27,631 bases of DNA from Candidatus Helarchaeota ASGARD archaeon Hel_GB_B. GTDB taxonomy: Archaea; Asgardarchaeota; Lokiarchaeia; Helarchaeales; HEL-GB-B. The notes under the pieces were generated by a model, which was given only the letters and a program-made list of their open reading frames with translations, was not told where the DNA came from and did not search any database. The stretch lies in the NCBI GenBank assembly GCA_005191425.1, contig SUPR01000045.1, forward strand, positions 1 to 27,631. Reading direction: 5' to 3'. A program made the position numbers and the translations under genes. Positions 7,861 through 16,698 of the stretch are shown one piece after another (the first letter of the stretch is position 1; each line of letters begins with the position of its first letter).

Positions 7861-9060
7861 ATGGAAAGCTTTTTCATTAAAAGACCACCTATTTCTTTTA
7901 TAAATAAATTTCCATTTACAAAAGAAGCAAAGGATTATGTCCGAATAATGGAGATTACTCCAGATAATTTATTAAGGGACAAATATTTAATAAATGAATG
8001 CCTCTCTTTTATTAAAAAATTAGCCAGTGATGGACATAGTTCTGTGATAAATTTTGAATTTCATAATATAGATAATTGGAAATGTTATGCTTTAATTAAT
8101 TATTTTTTATATTGTATTGGAGAACCAATTTTATGGTCTAGATTTGCTGAAATAATGCGGCAGAACATAGAAAAAGAATTGGGGGATAAAGATTTAGGAA
8201 ATATTATTAGAATTGCTAAAAATACTTTTCAATGGGAAATTGAAAAAATCAAACCTCTTATCATCCGGAAATTATCATTTGATTGGAGGTTGAAATGGTA
8301 TAATTATATTAATGTAGCTTCTACAATTATGGACGAAAGTTGGAAATTAGTCAACAACTATATTGACAACGGGTGGGTATTCTTAAGTACTCCTAAAATT
8401 CGGCGGTTAATAGCTCAAAAAGTTCGGAATGATGTTTTTAATAAGAGTAAAGAAATCCCTAAGAGCATACCTGCTGATGTAGCATCGATGATAAGCGAAA
8501 TTAAAAGTATTGTTAAAGAAGTTAAAGATAAATATGAGAAATCAAATATTTTTATTACATCTGAAAGAAGAAAAGAAGCATATCCCCCATGCATCAATCA
8601 TTTGTTAAATAAAATAAAAAGTGGGATGAACCTTGCACATTATGAACGGTTAATATTGGTCTTCTTTCTGCTTAATATTGGTTTTACTGTTGATGAGGTC
8701 TTAAAAATATTTAAATTACAGCCTGATTTTAATGAAGAGAAAACCAAATATTATATTAAACACGCTGCAGGCAATATAGGTGGACGTACCAGATATAAGC
8801 CCTACAACTGTATAAAAATTCAATCATTTGAAGGAATTTGCAAGAAAAATGATGACCCCAAAAAGTGGTGTACATCTCTAGATCCAAAAAAACAAATTAA
8901 AAATCCTATTGTTTATTATAGTAGAATGGTATGGCTAATTTCTAAATTTATTCAATGTCCAAAATGTGGTTATCGACTTTCAAAAGACAAAATTTCTAAT
9001 GCTAAAAATATTATTTGTCCAAATTGTAATGAAGATTTGACTGATTTAATTCAAAAATAA
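7861..9060 (+). CDS. priL: DNA primase large subunit with an extra C-terminal zinc ribbon
   Basis: LVNNYIDNGWVFL, Fe-S domain motifs YPPCI, NLAHYERLILVFFL, YYIKHAAG, YKPYNC; terminal CPKC...CPNC. Confidence 0.92.
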   Translation: MESFFIKRPPISFINKFPFTKEAKDYVRIMEITPDNLLRDKYLINECLSFIKKLASDGHSSVINFEFHNIDNWKCYALINYFLYCIGEPILWSRFAEIMRQNIEKELGDKDLGNIIRIAKNTFQWEIEKIKPLIIRKLSFDWRLKWYNYINVASTIMDESWKLVNNYIDNGWVFLSTPKIRRLIAQKVRNDVFNKSKEIPKSIPADVASMISEIKSIVKEVKDKYEKSNIFITSERRKEAYPPCINHLLNKIKSGMNLAHYERLILVFFLLNIGFTVDEVLKIFKLQPDFNEEKTKYYIKHAAGNIGGRTRYKPYNCIKIQSFEGICKKNDDPKKWCTSLDPKKQIKNPIVYYSRMVWLISKFIQCPKCGYRLSKDKISNAKNIICPNCNEDLTDLIQK

Positions 9061-9079
9061 AACTTAAAAGGGTGAAATT

Positions 9080-10306
9080 ATCAAAACTATACAATTTCTA
9101 TCACGGGTTTTTAAAGAATATTATGTTAAAAAAATAAATAACAACGAAATTAAACCTCCTAAAGATATTAAAAACCGTGAATTTGCATTTTCGACTTGGA
9201 CCGAAAAAGGTATGTTTAGACATATAAAATTAGAGTCTATTGATGACTTAAAAGGATATTTAAAAAATCATATTTTTCGACATGTTTATGTTTCTGGTGC
9301 TTATTATCAATATCCTGATGGACAGACAATGACGCAAAAAAATTGGCTCGGAATGGACTATTTAATTGACATTGATTGTGATCATTTTGAAACTTCATGT
9401 AAATCTAAACATGATAGTTGGCAATGCTTAAACTGTGGCAAAAATGGAAAAGGAAGACCACCCAAATCTTGTAGTTGTGGTTCTAGTCGCTTTAGTGAAT
9501 TTAATTGGATTTGTGATATCTGTTTAGAACAATCAAAAAAAGAGGTATTAAAATTTATTGACATTTTTCTTCCCTCCTTTGATATTCCCCGTGATGAAAT
9601 TACTGTCCATTTTAGCGGGAATCGTGGGTATCATATTATTATCCAATCAGAAAAAATACGACATTTTAACCAGATGGAACGTCGGGAATTTGTTGACTAT
9701 TTAACTGGAGCTGGTCTAAACCTAAAATTCCATGGAAGAATAGAAAGAAAAAAATACATTCCTCCAGACCCCAAAGAAAGATTTGGCTGGGGCGAATATA
9801 TTTATAACGGACTAATAAAACTTATTAATGATTGTGATAATGGGTCTCTTGATGAAGTGAATATTAGTACTCGTATGAAAAACATAATAATTAATAAAAA
9901 ACAAACAATTTTAGATGAATTAAAATCTGTTTATCATTCAGTCCGCAGCATCTCGACAGAAACATGGTCAAAATTGGTCGAATATGTAAAAAAAGATATC
10001 GCAATGAAATTAGATTCACCTGTTTCTATAGATTTACATAGATTAATAAGGTTCCCAAATTCACTCCATGGAAAAACAGGTTTTATTGTAAAGGAAATTG
10101 ATATAGATAAATTAGAAGAATTTGACCCTTTTTCTGATGCTATAGCATTTCTAGAAAATGCCCATATTAAAGTTGAAATGATGGGTTGTCCAGAATTCCG
10201 TATTAAAGATCAAATCTATGGCCCATATGATAAAAATCAAAAAATTGAGTTTCCTTTACCTGCAGCAATTTTTGTATTAGCAAAAGAAGTAGGTAAATTT
10301 ATTTAA
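9080..10306 (+). CDS. priS: DNA primase small (catalytic) subunit; N-terminus extended upstream of the ORF-track ATG (9212) to a probable non-canonical start at 9077/9080
   Basis: Catalytic DIDCD, SGNRGYH and DLHRLIRFPNSLHGKTG motifs. The conserved N-terminal FKEYY and NREFAF motifs lie in frame upstream of 9212. Confidence 0.92.
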   Translation: MKTIQFLSRVFKEYYVKKINNNEIKPPKDIKNREFAFSTWTEKGMFRHIKLESIDDLKGYLKNHIFRHVYVSGAYYQYPDGQTMTQKNWLGMDYLIDIDCDHFETSCKSKHDSWQCLNCGKNGKGRPPKSCSCGSSRFSEFNWICDICLEQSKKEVLKFIDIFLPSFDIPRDEITVHFSGNRGYHIIIQSEKIRHFNQMERREFVDYLTGAGLNLKFHGRIERKKYIPPDPKERFGWGEYIYNGLIKLINDCDNGSLDEVNISTRMKNIIINKKQTILDELKSVYHSVRSISTETWSKLVEYVKKDIAMKLDSPVSIDLHRLIRFPNSLHGKTGFIVKEIDIDKLEEFDPFSDAIAFLENAHIKVEMMGCPEFRIKDQIYGPYDKNQKIEFPLPAAIFVLAKEVGKFI

Positions 10307-10317
10307 TAAAAGGTCAA

Positions 10318-10893
10318 GTGATTATTTTGAAATATGAGAAAATATTTGAAACTTGGGAAAAGGAAATCAACGAACAAAATTTGAGTAATATAGATAATGA
10401 TTTTTATGAAAAATGCGGTGAAATACTTAAACAAGCTTATATTGAAATTGAAAAATATGATAGCAATTCTTTACATCGAAAATTACTTGAAAATGAAATT
10501 AACAATTTTAAATATATGATAAAGACTATTTATGACTCCAGATTTAGAAAAATATTGGGCCGAATTTTATCTCTATCGGAAATTGATACTACTTTACTAG
10601 ACAAAAATGAATATAATCTATTTAAAAAAATAAAAGACCCAATTCAGAAATATATTAGGAATGTTAATTTATTATTAGAAGGTCATTCAATTCAATCTTT
10701 TAAATATGATCTTAATCAAAAATATTTAGTTGTTCAAATGCTTGAAAACTTACCCGAAATCGTTGGAAATGATAAAAAAATATATGGCCCATTCCAAAAA
10801 GAGGATATAATATCTTTACCAAGAAAAGTTGCGGAATCACTATTTGAGAGAGGTGCAGCTGTCATAATTCCTGTTAATATGTCATCTAAATAA
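10318..10893 (+). CDS. gins15: GINS complex subunit Gins15/Gins51 type
   Basis: Helical A-domain followed by B-domain (LPEIVGNDKKIYGPFQKEDIISLPRKVAESLFERG); canonical position after priS. The true start may be TTG at 10327. Confidence 0.85.
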   Translation: MIILKYEKIFETWEKEINEQNLSNIDNDFYEKCGEILKQAYIEIEKYDSNSLHRKLLENEINNFKYMIKTIYDSRFRKILGRILSLSEIDTTLLDKNEYNLFKKIKDPIQKYIRNVNLLLEGHSIQSFKYDLNQKYLVVQMLENLPEIVGNDKKIYGPFQKEDIISLPRKVAESLFERGAAVIIPVNMSSK

Positions 10894-11087
10894 TAATTTT
10901 AAATTTCTCCTTTTTAATATCTATATACTGGCTTTTAATAATTGAAATTTTTAAAAAGAAATATAGCATAAAATTTTAAAGGATTATTCCATTATGAAAA
11001 TTAGCTTTCAAATTTCATATAAATTAGAAATCTACTCATTTATGAATAAATAAAAAACACTATTAATAAAGATTTTAAGTGATTATA

Positions 11088-11363
11088 GTGAAAATGGTAA
11101 GAGAATTAAATAAGTACTGTCCGAGATGTAATGCATATACAAAACATTCAGTGACTTTGTATAAAAAGAATAAGCAAAGAGAATTAGCTCAAGGAGCGCG
11201 CCGGTACAAACGAAAAAAGAAGGGTTATGGCTCCCAACCGAAGCCAATCCAGCACAACCAAGTGAAAACTACTAAAAAGCAAACTTTTAAGATCAGATGC
11301 TCAAAATGTAATTATCAGCGATATATGCGTTCAATAAGACTTCGTAGAGTAGATTTTATTTAA
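11088..11363 (+). CDS. rpl44e: Large ribosomal subunit protein L44e (eL42)
   Basis: YCPRC...HSV, GARRYKRKKKGYGSQPKP, KTTKK, RCSKC. Start chosen at GTG 11088; the ORF track gives 11079. Confidence 0.95.
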   Translation: MKMVRELNKYCPRCNAYTKHSVTLYKKNKQRELAQGARRYKRKKKGYGSQPKPIQHNQVKTTKKQTFKIRCSKCNYQRYMRSIRLRRVDFI

Positions 11364-11375
11364 AGGTGATGTATA

Positions 11376-11570
11376 ATGGGTAGAAGAATGGAAATAATTG
11401 AACCAAGAAGTAGATTTTTAAGAGTTAAATGTCTAGATTGTGAAAGCGACCAAGTTATATTTGGGTGTGCTAGCACTGTAGTTAAATGTAACGTTTGTGG
11501 TAGAGTACTGGCTGAACCCAGAGGTGGAAAAGCACAAATTAAAACTCGAATTGTCACCGTTCTTGGTTAA
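11376..11570 (+). CDS. rps27e: Small ribosomal subunit protein S27e
   Basis: [31 protein letters not shown]; GGTGA RBS at 11365-11369. Confidence 0.96.
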   Translation: MGRRMEIIEPRSRFLRVKCLDCESDQVIFGCASTVVKCNVCGRVLAEPRGGKAQIKTRIVTVLG

Positions 11571-11653
11571 ATTAGAGTCGCTAAGATATTTTTTAATAAT
11601 ACGCCCTTTATCTTCTATAGTATTAATATTTCCTATAATTTAATGTGATTATT

Positions 11654-12454
11654 ATGGTTTTAAAACAAAAAGAATGGCCAAATCCAGGTGAACTAGTAAT
11701 CGGTAAAGTTGTAAGTATTGAAAAACATGGCGCCTACGTGACTCTGGAAGAATATAATAATAAGGAGGGTCTTATCCATATTAGCGAAATTGCGAGCAGT
11801 TGGGTGCGAAATATAAGGAATTTTGTTAAGGAAAAACAAAGAGTCGTTTTAAAAGTAATAAATGTTGACCCTAGAAAAGGTCATATTAATCTCTCTCTTA
11901 GAAGAGTCAATCAAAACCAAAAAAAGGAAAAAAGAAAAGAATGGAAACGAGCTCAAAAAGCAGACGGGCTACTGAATTTAGCTGTAAAAATGGTCAATCA
12001 AGGTAAAACAATCGAGGATGCCTATAAAGAAGTTGGTTGGATACTAGAAGATAAATATGGCGATATTTATACTGGTTTTGAAACAATCAAAAAGAAAAAA
12101 ATGCAAGACCTGACCAAAATTGGTATTCCCAAAATATGGGCTGGTCCAATCTTGGAAATTATTAATCAATATATTGAAATACCTTCTGTTTCTATTTCAG
12201 GCGAATTTATCTTAAGATCGTTTGCTCCAAATGGAATTGAAATAATAAAAAGTGCGTTGGAAAAGGCTGAAAACTTTAATGATGAAAAAAAGATGATTTC
12301 AGTTAAAATTATATCTGTAGGTGCTCCAAAATATAAAATTGACCTTGAAGCTCCTAATTATAAGATAGCAGAAACTATATTAAGCGATATTTCTAAAACT
12401 GTTATTGATGAAATAGTAAATAATAATGGTATTGCCCAATTTTCAAGAGAATAG
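11654..12454 (+). CDS. eif2a: Translation initiation factor aIF2 alpha subunit
   Basis: EWPNPGELVIG, S1 domain GLIHISEIASSWVRNIR, VDPRKGHINLSLRRV, GAPKYKI. ATG at 11654 preferred over the GTG at 11645. Confidence 0.96.
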   Translation: MVLKQKEWPNPGELVIGKVVSIEKHGAYVTLEEYNNKEGLIHISEIASSWVRNIRNFVKEKQRVVLKVINVDPRKGHINLSLRRVNQNQKKEKRKEWKRAQKADGLLNLAVKMVNQGKTIEDAYKEVGWILEDKYGDIYTGFETIKKKKMQDLTKIGIPKIWAGPILEIINQYIEIPSVSISGEFILRSFAPNGIEIIKSALEKAENFNDEKKMISVKIISVGAPKYKIDLEAPNYKIAETILSDISKTVIDEIVNNNGIAQFSRE

Positions 12455-12660
12455 ACATAATTTTAGGATAGACAATAAAAATTTACAATTTTTTGTATAA
12501 TTCATTTGCTAAAATTAATTAGTACCTTCATATATTATTTTTGAATTACTTCCAAAACCTTTATAAAGGAAGTGTGCGTGAAATACTCAAAATTAAAAAA
12601 TTATAATTTATTAAATAACACAATAAAAAATAAATTAAAACATTTAAAATAGTGGTAACC

Positions 12661-13005
12661 TTGGAATTCTGTGATGAATGTGGGTCATTAATGTATCCAT
12701 CTAAAGATAAAAATGGAAAAACAATATTTATATGCAGATCTTGTGGCAAAAAAAAGGAAGTAGATGAAAAAGAAGATAAAAATTCAGAGAGCTATCGAAT
12801 TGGCTCTAAAATAGAGCATAGTGAAACCGATTTTACACCTATAATTGAAGAAGATATAAATGTGCTTGGTGTTATAAATGTTATCTGCGAAAAATGTGGA
12901 AATAACGAGGCTCAATATTGGCACATTCAAACCAGAAGTGGCGATGAAGCAATGACTACTTTTTATAGATGTACTAAATGTAAACATACTTGGCGCGAAT
13001 ATTAA
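12661..13005 (+). CDS. tfs: Transcription factor S (TFS / RpoM-like)
   Basis: Two zinc ribbons (FCDECG..CRSC; CEKC..RCTKC) and acidic hairpin QTRSGDE. TTG at 12661 gives the typical MEFC start; the ORF track gives 12652. Confidence 0.93.
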   Translation: MEFCDECGSLMYPSKDKNGKTIFICRSCGKKKEVDEKEDKNSESYRIGSKIEHSETDFTPIIEEDINVLGVINVICEKCGNNEAQYWHIQTRSGDEAMTTFYRCTKCKHTWREY

Positions 13006-13053
13006 AACATCAATTTAACCAGATATTTCGGACAAATTTTTTTAGTTGTTTTT

Positions 13054-13488
13054 ATGTACAAAGAGAATTTAAAAAAAGTTTTTTCTAAAATAAAAATAAA
13101 TTCTTATAAATCAATCTTTTTAAACAAAAATTTAGCGAAGATGGGCGATAATTTTGTCAATTTTATATATTCAATAGCTAGAGCAATTGCAGTAAAAAAT
13201 ATATCAGGTCAAAAAGTACCCGGAAAAGTATTAATGCAAGCATTTAGATATTCAGAACTAAATGGTTACATGCCAAGCCGGTCCTCCTCCCATGATATTG
13301 CAGATGCAGTTGAATCTATAATTTTTTATGTTTGGTTAACTGAAAAAATGGGTATCAATAAAATTGTCGATATTTTAGTCGAAGAATTAAAAATGGGTGA
13401 TTTCTCTTCAAGAAAAAATGAATTTGATACGGCTGTTTTAGCATTTACAAAAATATTGAATGAAATTGAAAAATTAAAACTATTTTGA
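13054..13488 (+). CDS. Archaeal ribonuclease III-family (mini-III-like) protein
   Basis: LAKMGDNFVNFIYS resembles the RNase III signature and ADAVES carries the second acidic pair. No dsRBD. Converges on rpoL with a 9-nt overlap. Confidence 0.7.
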   Translation: MYKENLKKVFSKIKINSYKSIFLNKNLAKMGDNFVNFIYSIARAIAVKNISGQKVPGKVLMQAFRYSELNGYMPSRSSSHDIADAVESIIFYVWLTEKMGINKIVDILVEELKMGDFSSRKNEFDTAVLAFTKILNEIEKLKLF

Positions 13489-13773
13489 CCCAAATTCTGA
13501 AATCGCTTCATCAAATTTCTCTTTAAATTTATCAGTCCTTTCAATTAAAACTTTACAAGCATCCATTAAAGCTTGTTTCGGCGTTTTTGTGCCATTAGTT
13601 TTAACATAAACTCTTGGTTCTGCCATTAAAGGATGCTTTATCATATATCCAGCAAATACTGTTGATGAATCATCAAATAAAATTTGCTTTAAATTTGTAC
13701 ATAAAGTATGTCCTTCACCCAGAATTTGAATTTCAAGTGAATTTTCATCTTTATTTATTACTTTTATTTCCAT
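13480..13773 (-). CDS. rpoL: RNA polymerase subunit Rpo11 (L)
   Basis: GEGHTLCTNL, AGYMIKHPL; GGAGTGA RBS upstream. Confidence 0.95.
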   Translation of the reverse strand: MEIKVINKDENSLEIQILGEGHTLCTNLKQILFDDSSTVFAGYMIKHPLMAEPRVYVKTNGTKTPKQALMDACKVLIERTDKFKEKFDEAISEFGSK

Positions 13774-13790
13774 TTTTTAATTTCACTCCT

Positions 13791-14360
13791 TCAAGCATTC
13801 ATTTTACCATAATCAATACTATATTTTCTAAATTCTTGATTTCCACATTGTCTACAAACTAGTTTTCCCCCTTTTAATTCCAAAGTATTTCCACAAATTC
13901 TACAAAATGCCAAGATTACACCCATCTTTTTCCCTATTGTTGTTAATTGATAGGGAATTCTGTCAGTCTGTAATACCTTGGCTTTAATTATATCTCCTTC
14001 ATTAAAAGCATCATTCATTATTTCAATATATTTTTTTGATGTTTGAGAAATATGTACCATTCCTTCGAAGGACGACGTATAAAAAATTCCATCCATATTA
14101 GTCATTATAACTATTGCAGAATTTCTCCTTATTTGTTCTACTTTAGCAAACACAACTTGACCTGGAGATGGTATAGGAAAATCTTTTTTCTTTCTTTTTA
14201 CACTTACAATTCTTTTTTTCATATTTATTTCTAAGTGGCCTAATATATTACTATAAATTATCCCATTTTCTTCATATGTTCCATCTCCAGGCATAAACAT
14301 CTCAATAACTCCAATTTTATCACCTGGAAGTACTAACGAACCTGTTTTAGGAATTGCCAT
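13791..14360 (-). CDS. csl4: Exosome cap subunit Csl4
   Basis: VLPGDKIGVIE..PGDGTYE, S1 domain, C-terminal zinc ribbon CRICG...CRQCG..EFRK; canonical neighbour of rpoL. Confidence 0.93.
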   Translation of the reverse strand: MAIPKTGSLVLPGDKIGVIEMFMPGDGTYEENGIIYSNILGHLEINMKKRIVSVKRKKKDFPIPSPGQVVFAKVEQIRRNSAIVIMTNMDGIFYTSSFEGMVHISQTSKKYIEIMNDAFNEGDIIKAKVLQTDRIPYQLTTIGKKMGVILAFCRICGNTLELKGGKLVCRQCGNQEFRKYSIDYGKMNA

Positions 14361-14369
14361 TCTAACACC

Positions 14370-15008
14370 TTAATTTTTAATAATTCTATATAAATCAACA
14401 TCTATTTCTACTTTTTCCTTGACATGAAAATTATATAGTTTTGGGACTTTAATTTTCAATGGTATTATATTTGAAATTGTCGCATTTAAATTATTTATAT
14501 ATTTGGTCAAGAACATTCTATTTTTTTCACCTTTTTTATGAATTGAGTAACATATTTTTCCTAATGAAATAGCCCTTTTTAAGAAAATAATGTCCATATG
14601 CTTTTTGCTCCTAATACCAAATGGAGGATTTTGGACTACTGTATCTCCTTTTTTATTAAAATCTTCGATATTTGATACAAACCATTTTATTTTCTTATTA
14701 AGCCCAAGTTTTTTTGCGTTATTTTTTCCTATTAGAATAGCATTTCTATCAAGATCAACTGCATAAACTTTTTTGGCGCCCAGTAAAGCTGCACCTATAG
14801 ACAAAATACCCGTTCCACATCCTAAATCTATCAAAATTTTATCTTGAATATCTCCAAATGACATATCTGCAATAAATAAAACATCAGCTGCACAATTACT
14901 ATCAATTGGATATTGTTCTAATTTAAAATTCGGATTTTTATAAATATCTAATTCTTCTAGGATTATTTTCAAATGCTTTTTTGAACTTATTTTCTGTCTA
15001 ATTTTCAT
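14370..15008 (-). CDS. METTL5-family (COG2263-type) N6-adenine RNA methyltransferase
   Basis: LEQYP, SAM-binding DLGCGTG, catalytic QNPPFG, YSIHK. Confidence 0.88.
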   Translation of the reverse strand: MKIRQKISSKKHLKIILEELDIYKNPNFKLEQYPIDSNCAADVLFIADMSFGDIQDKILIDLGCGTGILSIGAALLGAKKVYAVDLDRNAILIGKNNAKKLGLNKKIKWFVSNIEDFNKKGDTVVQNPPFGIRSKKHMDIIFLKRAISLGKICYSIHKKGEKNRMFLTKYINNLNATISNIIPLKIKVPKLYNFHVKEKVEIDVDLYRIIKN

Positions 15009-15011
15009 TTA

Positions 15012-15146
15012 TTATTCTCTATCTTTTATATCACAATTACATACTAAAATTTCTTTAATAATTTTATTATTATGCTTAAAAACTATTCTTGTTATTGGTT
15101 CTCCGCAATTTGGACATATTTCTTGTTCTGGATCCATTTCAACCAT
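15012..15146 (-). CDS. 44-aa zinc-finger micro-protein, not in the ORF track: MVEMDPEQEICPNCGEPITRIVFKHNNKIIKEILVCNCDIKDRE
   Basis: Hand-translated. ATG at 15146 (alternative 15137), stop TAA at 15014-15012, 3 nt before the METTL5-like start. Contains CPNC and CNC motifs. Confidence 0.7.
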   Translation of the reverse strand: MVEMDPEQEICPNCGEPITRIVFKHNNKIIKEILVCNCDIKDRE

Positions 15147-15200
15147 ATCTCTAAGAATTATAGACTATTTTTTCAGAACTTCACTTGCAATTAAAGTCTA

Positions 15201-16499
15201 TTATTTAAAATTCTTTCCACTATATATTGAATTTTGAATCTTTTCTTCAATTCTTAATATTCTATTATATTTGGCAGTCCTTTCACTCCTTGCGGGTGCA
15301 CCTGCTTTTATCAACCCTCTATTAAATGACAAACCTACTGCCAAGTCTGAAATAAATGTATTTTCAGTTTCACCCGATCGATGACTGACTATTACATTAA
15401 AATTGTTCTTTTGACACAATTTTGCAGAATTTAATGCTTCGGTTAAAGTACCTACTTGATTTACTTTTAATAATAATGCATTCGCACTTTTTTCTTCTAT
15501 TCCTCGCTTAATTCTATCGACTTGAGTGACAAAAAGGTCGTCCCCTACTATTTGAATGTTTATTTTACTCATTAATTTAGAATGAGCTTGAAAGTCATTC
15601 TCATCAAAAGGGTCTTCAATCGAAATAATTGGATATGTTTTTACCAAATCAATATAATAATCAATTAGTTCCTCAATACTTAGTCTTTTTTCATCAATGA
15701 GATATTTAGACCCATTATAAAATTCACTTGCAGCTGCATCAATCGCAATTGAGATTTCTTTTCCCTTATTATAACCTGATTCTTCTATTGCATCTATTAA
15801 TAAATTAAGAGCATCTTTTGTAAAACTTAAATTTGGTGCAAAACCTCCTTCATCCCCTAAATTAATTGCACTTTTTCCAAATTTTTCTTTAATTCTATTT
15901 CTTAAGTAATGATAAACTTCGCTAATCATAATAATAGCTTCTTTAAATGAAGATGCACCAAATGGGACTATCATAAACTCTTGGACTGATAAATTGTTTC
16001 CAGCATGCTTTCCGCCGTTTAATACATTTGACATTGGAACAGGTAATACATATTTAATAGATGGAACATCATTTTCTCTATAAATTTTATATAAATATTC
16101 AAATAACTCAATATTTAATTCTTTAGCTGCCGCATCGGCCACCGCTAAGGAAACTGAAAGTATGGCGTTTCCTCCCAAATTAGATTTATTTTTAGTCCCA
16201 TCTAACTCTATCATAGATTGGTCTAATGAACTCTGGTCTAAGACATTCTGATTTAATAATAATTTAGCAATTTTCAAATTTACATTTTCTATCGCTTTAT
16301 TTACACCCCGTCCCATAAATCTATTATTTCTATCCCTTAATTCTAATACTTCATGTTCCCCGGTCGAAGCTCCAGATGGAACAGCTGCACGTCCAACAAC
16401 ACCATCTTCAGTAATTACATCTGTTTCTATCGTTGGAAATCCCCTTGAATCAAGAATCCAACGTGCTCTTATTTTTTTAATTAAATATCTATCTGTCAT
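15201..16499 (-). CDS. eno: Enolase (phosphopyruvate hydratase)
   Basis: DSRGFPT, VPSGASTG, GDEGG, LLKVNQVG, SHRSGETE; GGTGA RBS upstream. Confidence 0.97.
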   Translation of the reverse strand: MTDRYLIKKIRARWILDSRGFPTIETDVITEDGVVGRAAVPSGASTGEHEVLELRDRNNRFMGRGVNKAIENVNLKIAKLLLNQNVLDQSSLDQSMIELDGTKNKSNLGGNAILSVSLAVADAAAKELNIELFEYLYKIYRENDVPSIKYVLPVPMSNVLNGGKHAGNNLSVQEFMIVPFGASSFKEAIIMISEVYHYLRNRIKEKFGKSAINLGDEGGFAPNLSFTKDALNLLIDAIEESGYNKGKEISIAIDAAASEFYNGSKYLIDEKRLSIEELIDYYIDLVKTYPIISIEDPFDENDFQAHSKLMSKINIQIVGDDLFVTQVDRIKRGIEEKSANALLLKVNQVGTLTEALNSAKLCQKNNFNVIVSHRSGETENTFISDLAVGLSFNRGLIKAGAPARSERTAKYNRILRIEEKIQNSIYSGKNFK

Positions 16500-16698
16500 A
16501 TTATAATCACCAATATTTCTATTTTTCCAAAATTTTGTGGATAGTTTTTTAACATTATCACAAATATATTTGCTTAATTTAATTTTAAATTAAAACTAAT
16601 GACAAATTTTTAACAAAATTCATATTCCAATTTTTAATAAATATAATTATCTCAAAAAATTTTAATATTTAATGTTTATTTATTTTAAAGTGATTATA

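Noticed and set aside
9072-9120. Programmed -1 frameshift as the source of the PriS N-terminus (out-of-frame GTG at 9072 with a T-TTA-AAG slippery heptamer leading into FKEYY)
   Set aside because: The GTG is itself the SD core and has no upstream RBS. The PriS frame before the heptamer (TIQFLSRVF) already looks like a normal PriS N-terminal helix, so a non-canonical start or a base error is simpler.
12572-12652. Short upstream ORF ending at the tfs leader, or a divergent nop10
   Set aside because: Low-complexity K/N/L sequence expected by chance in AT-rich DNA; lacks the Nop10 CxxC/YTL motifs.
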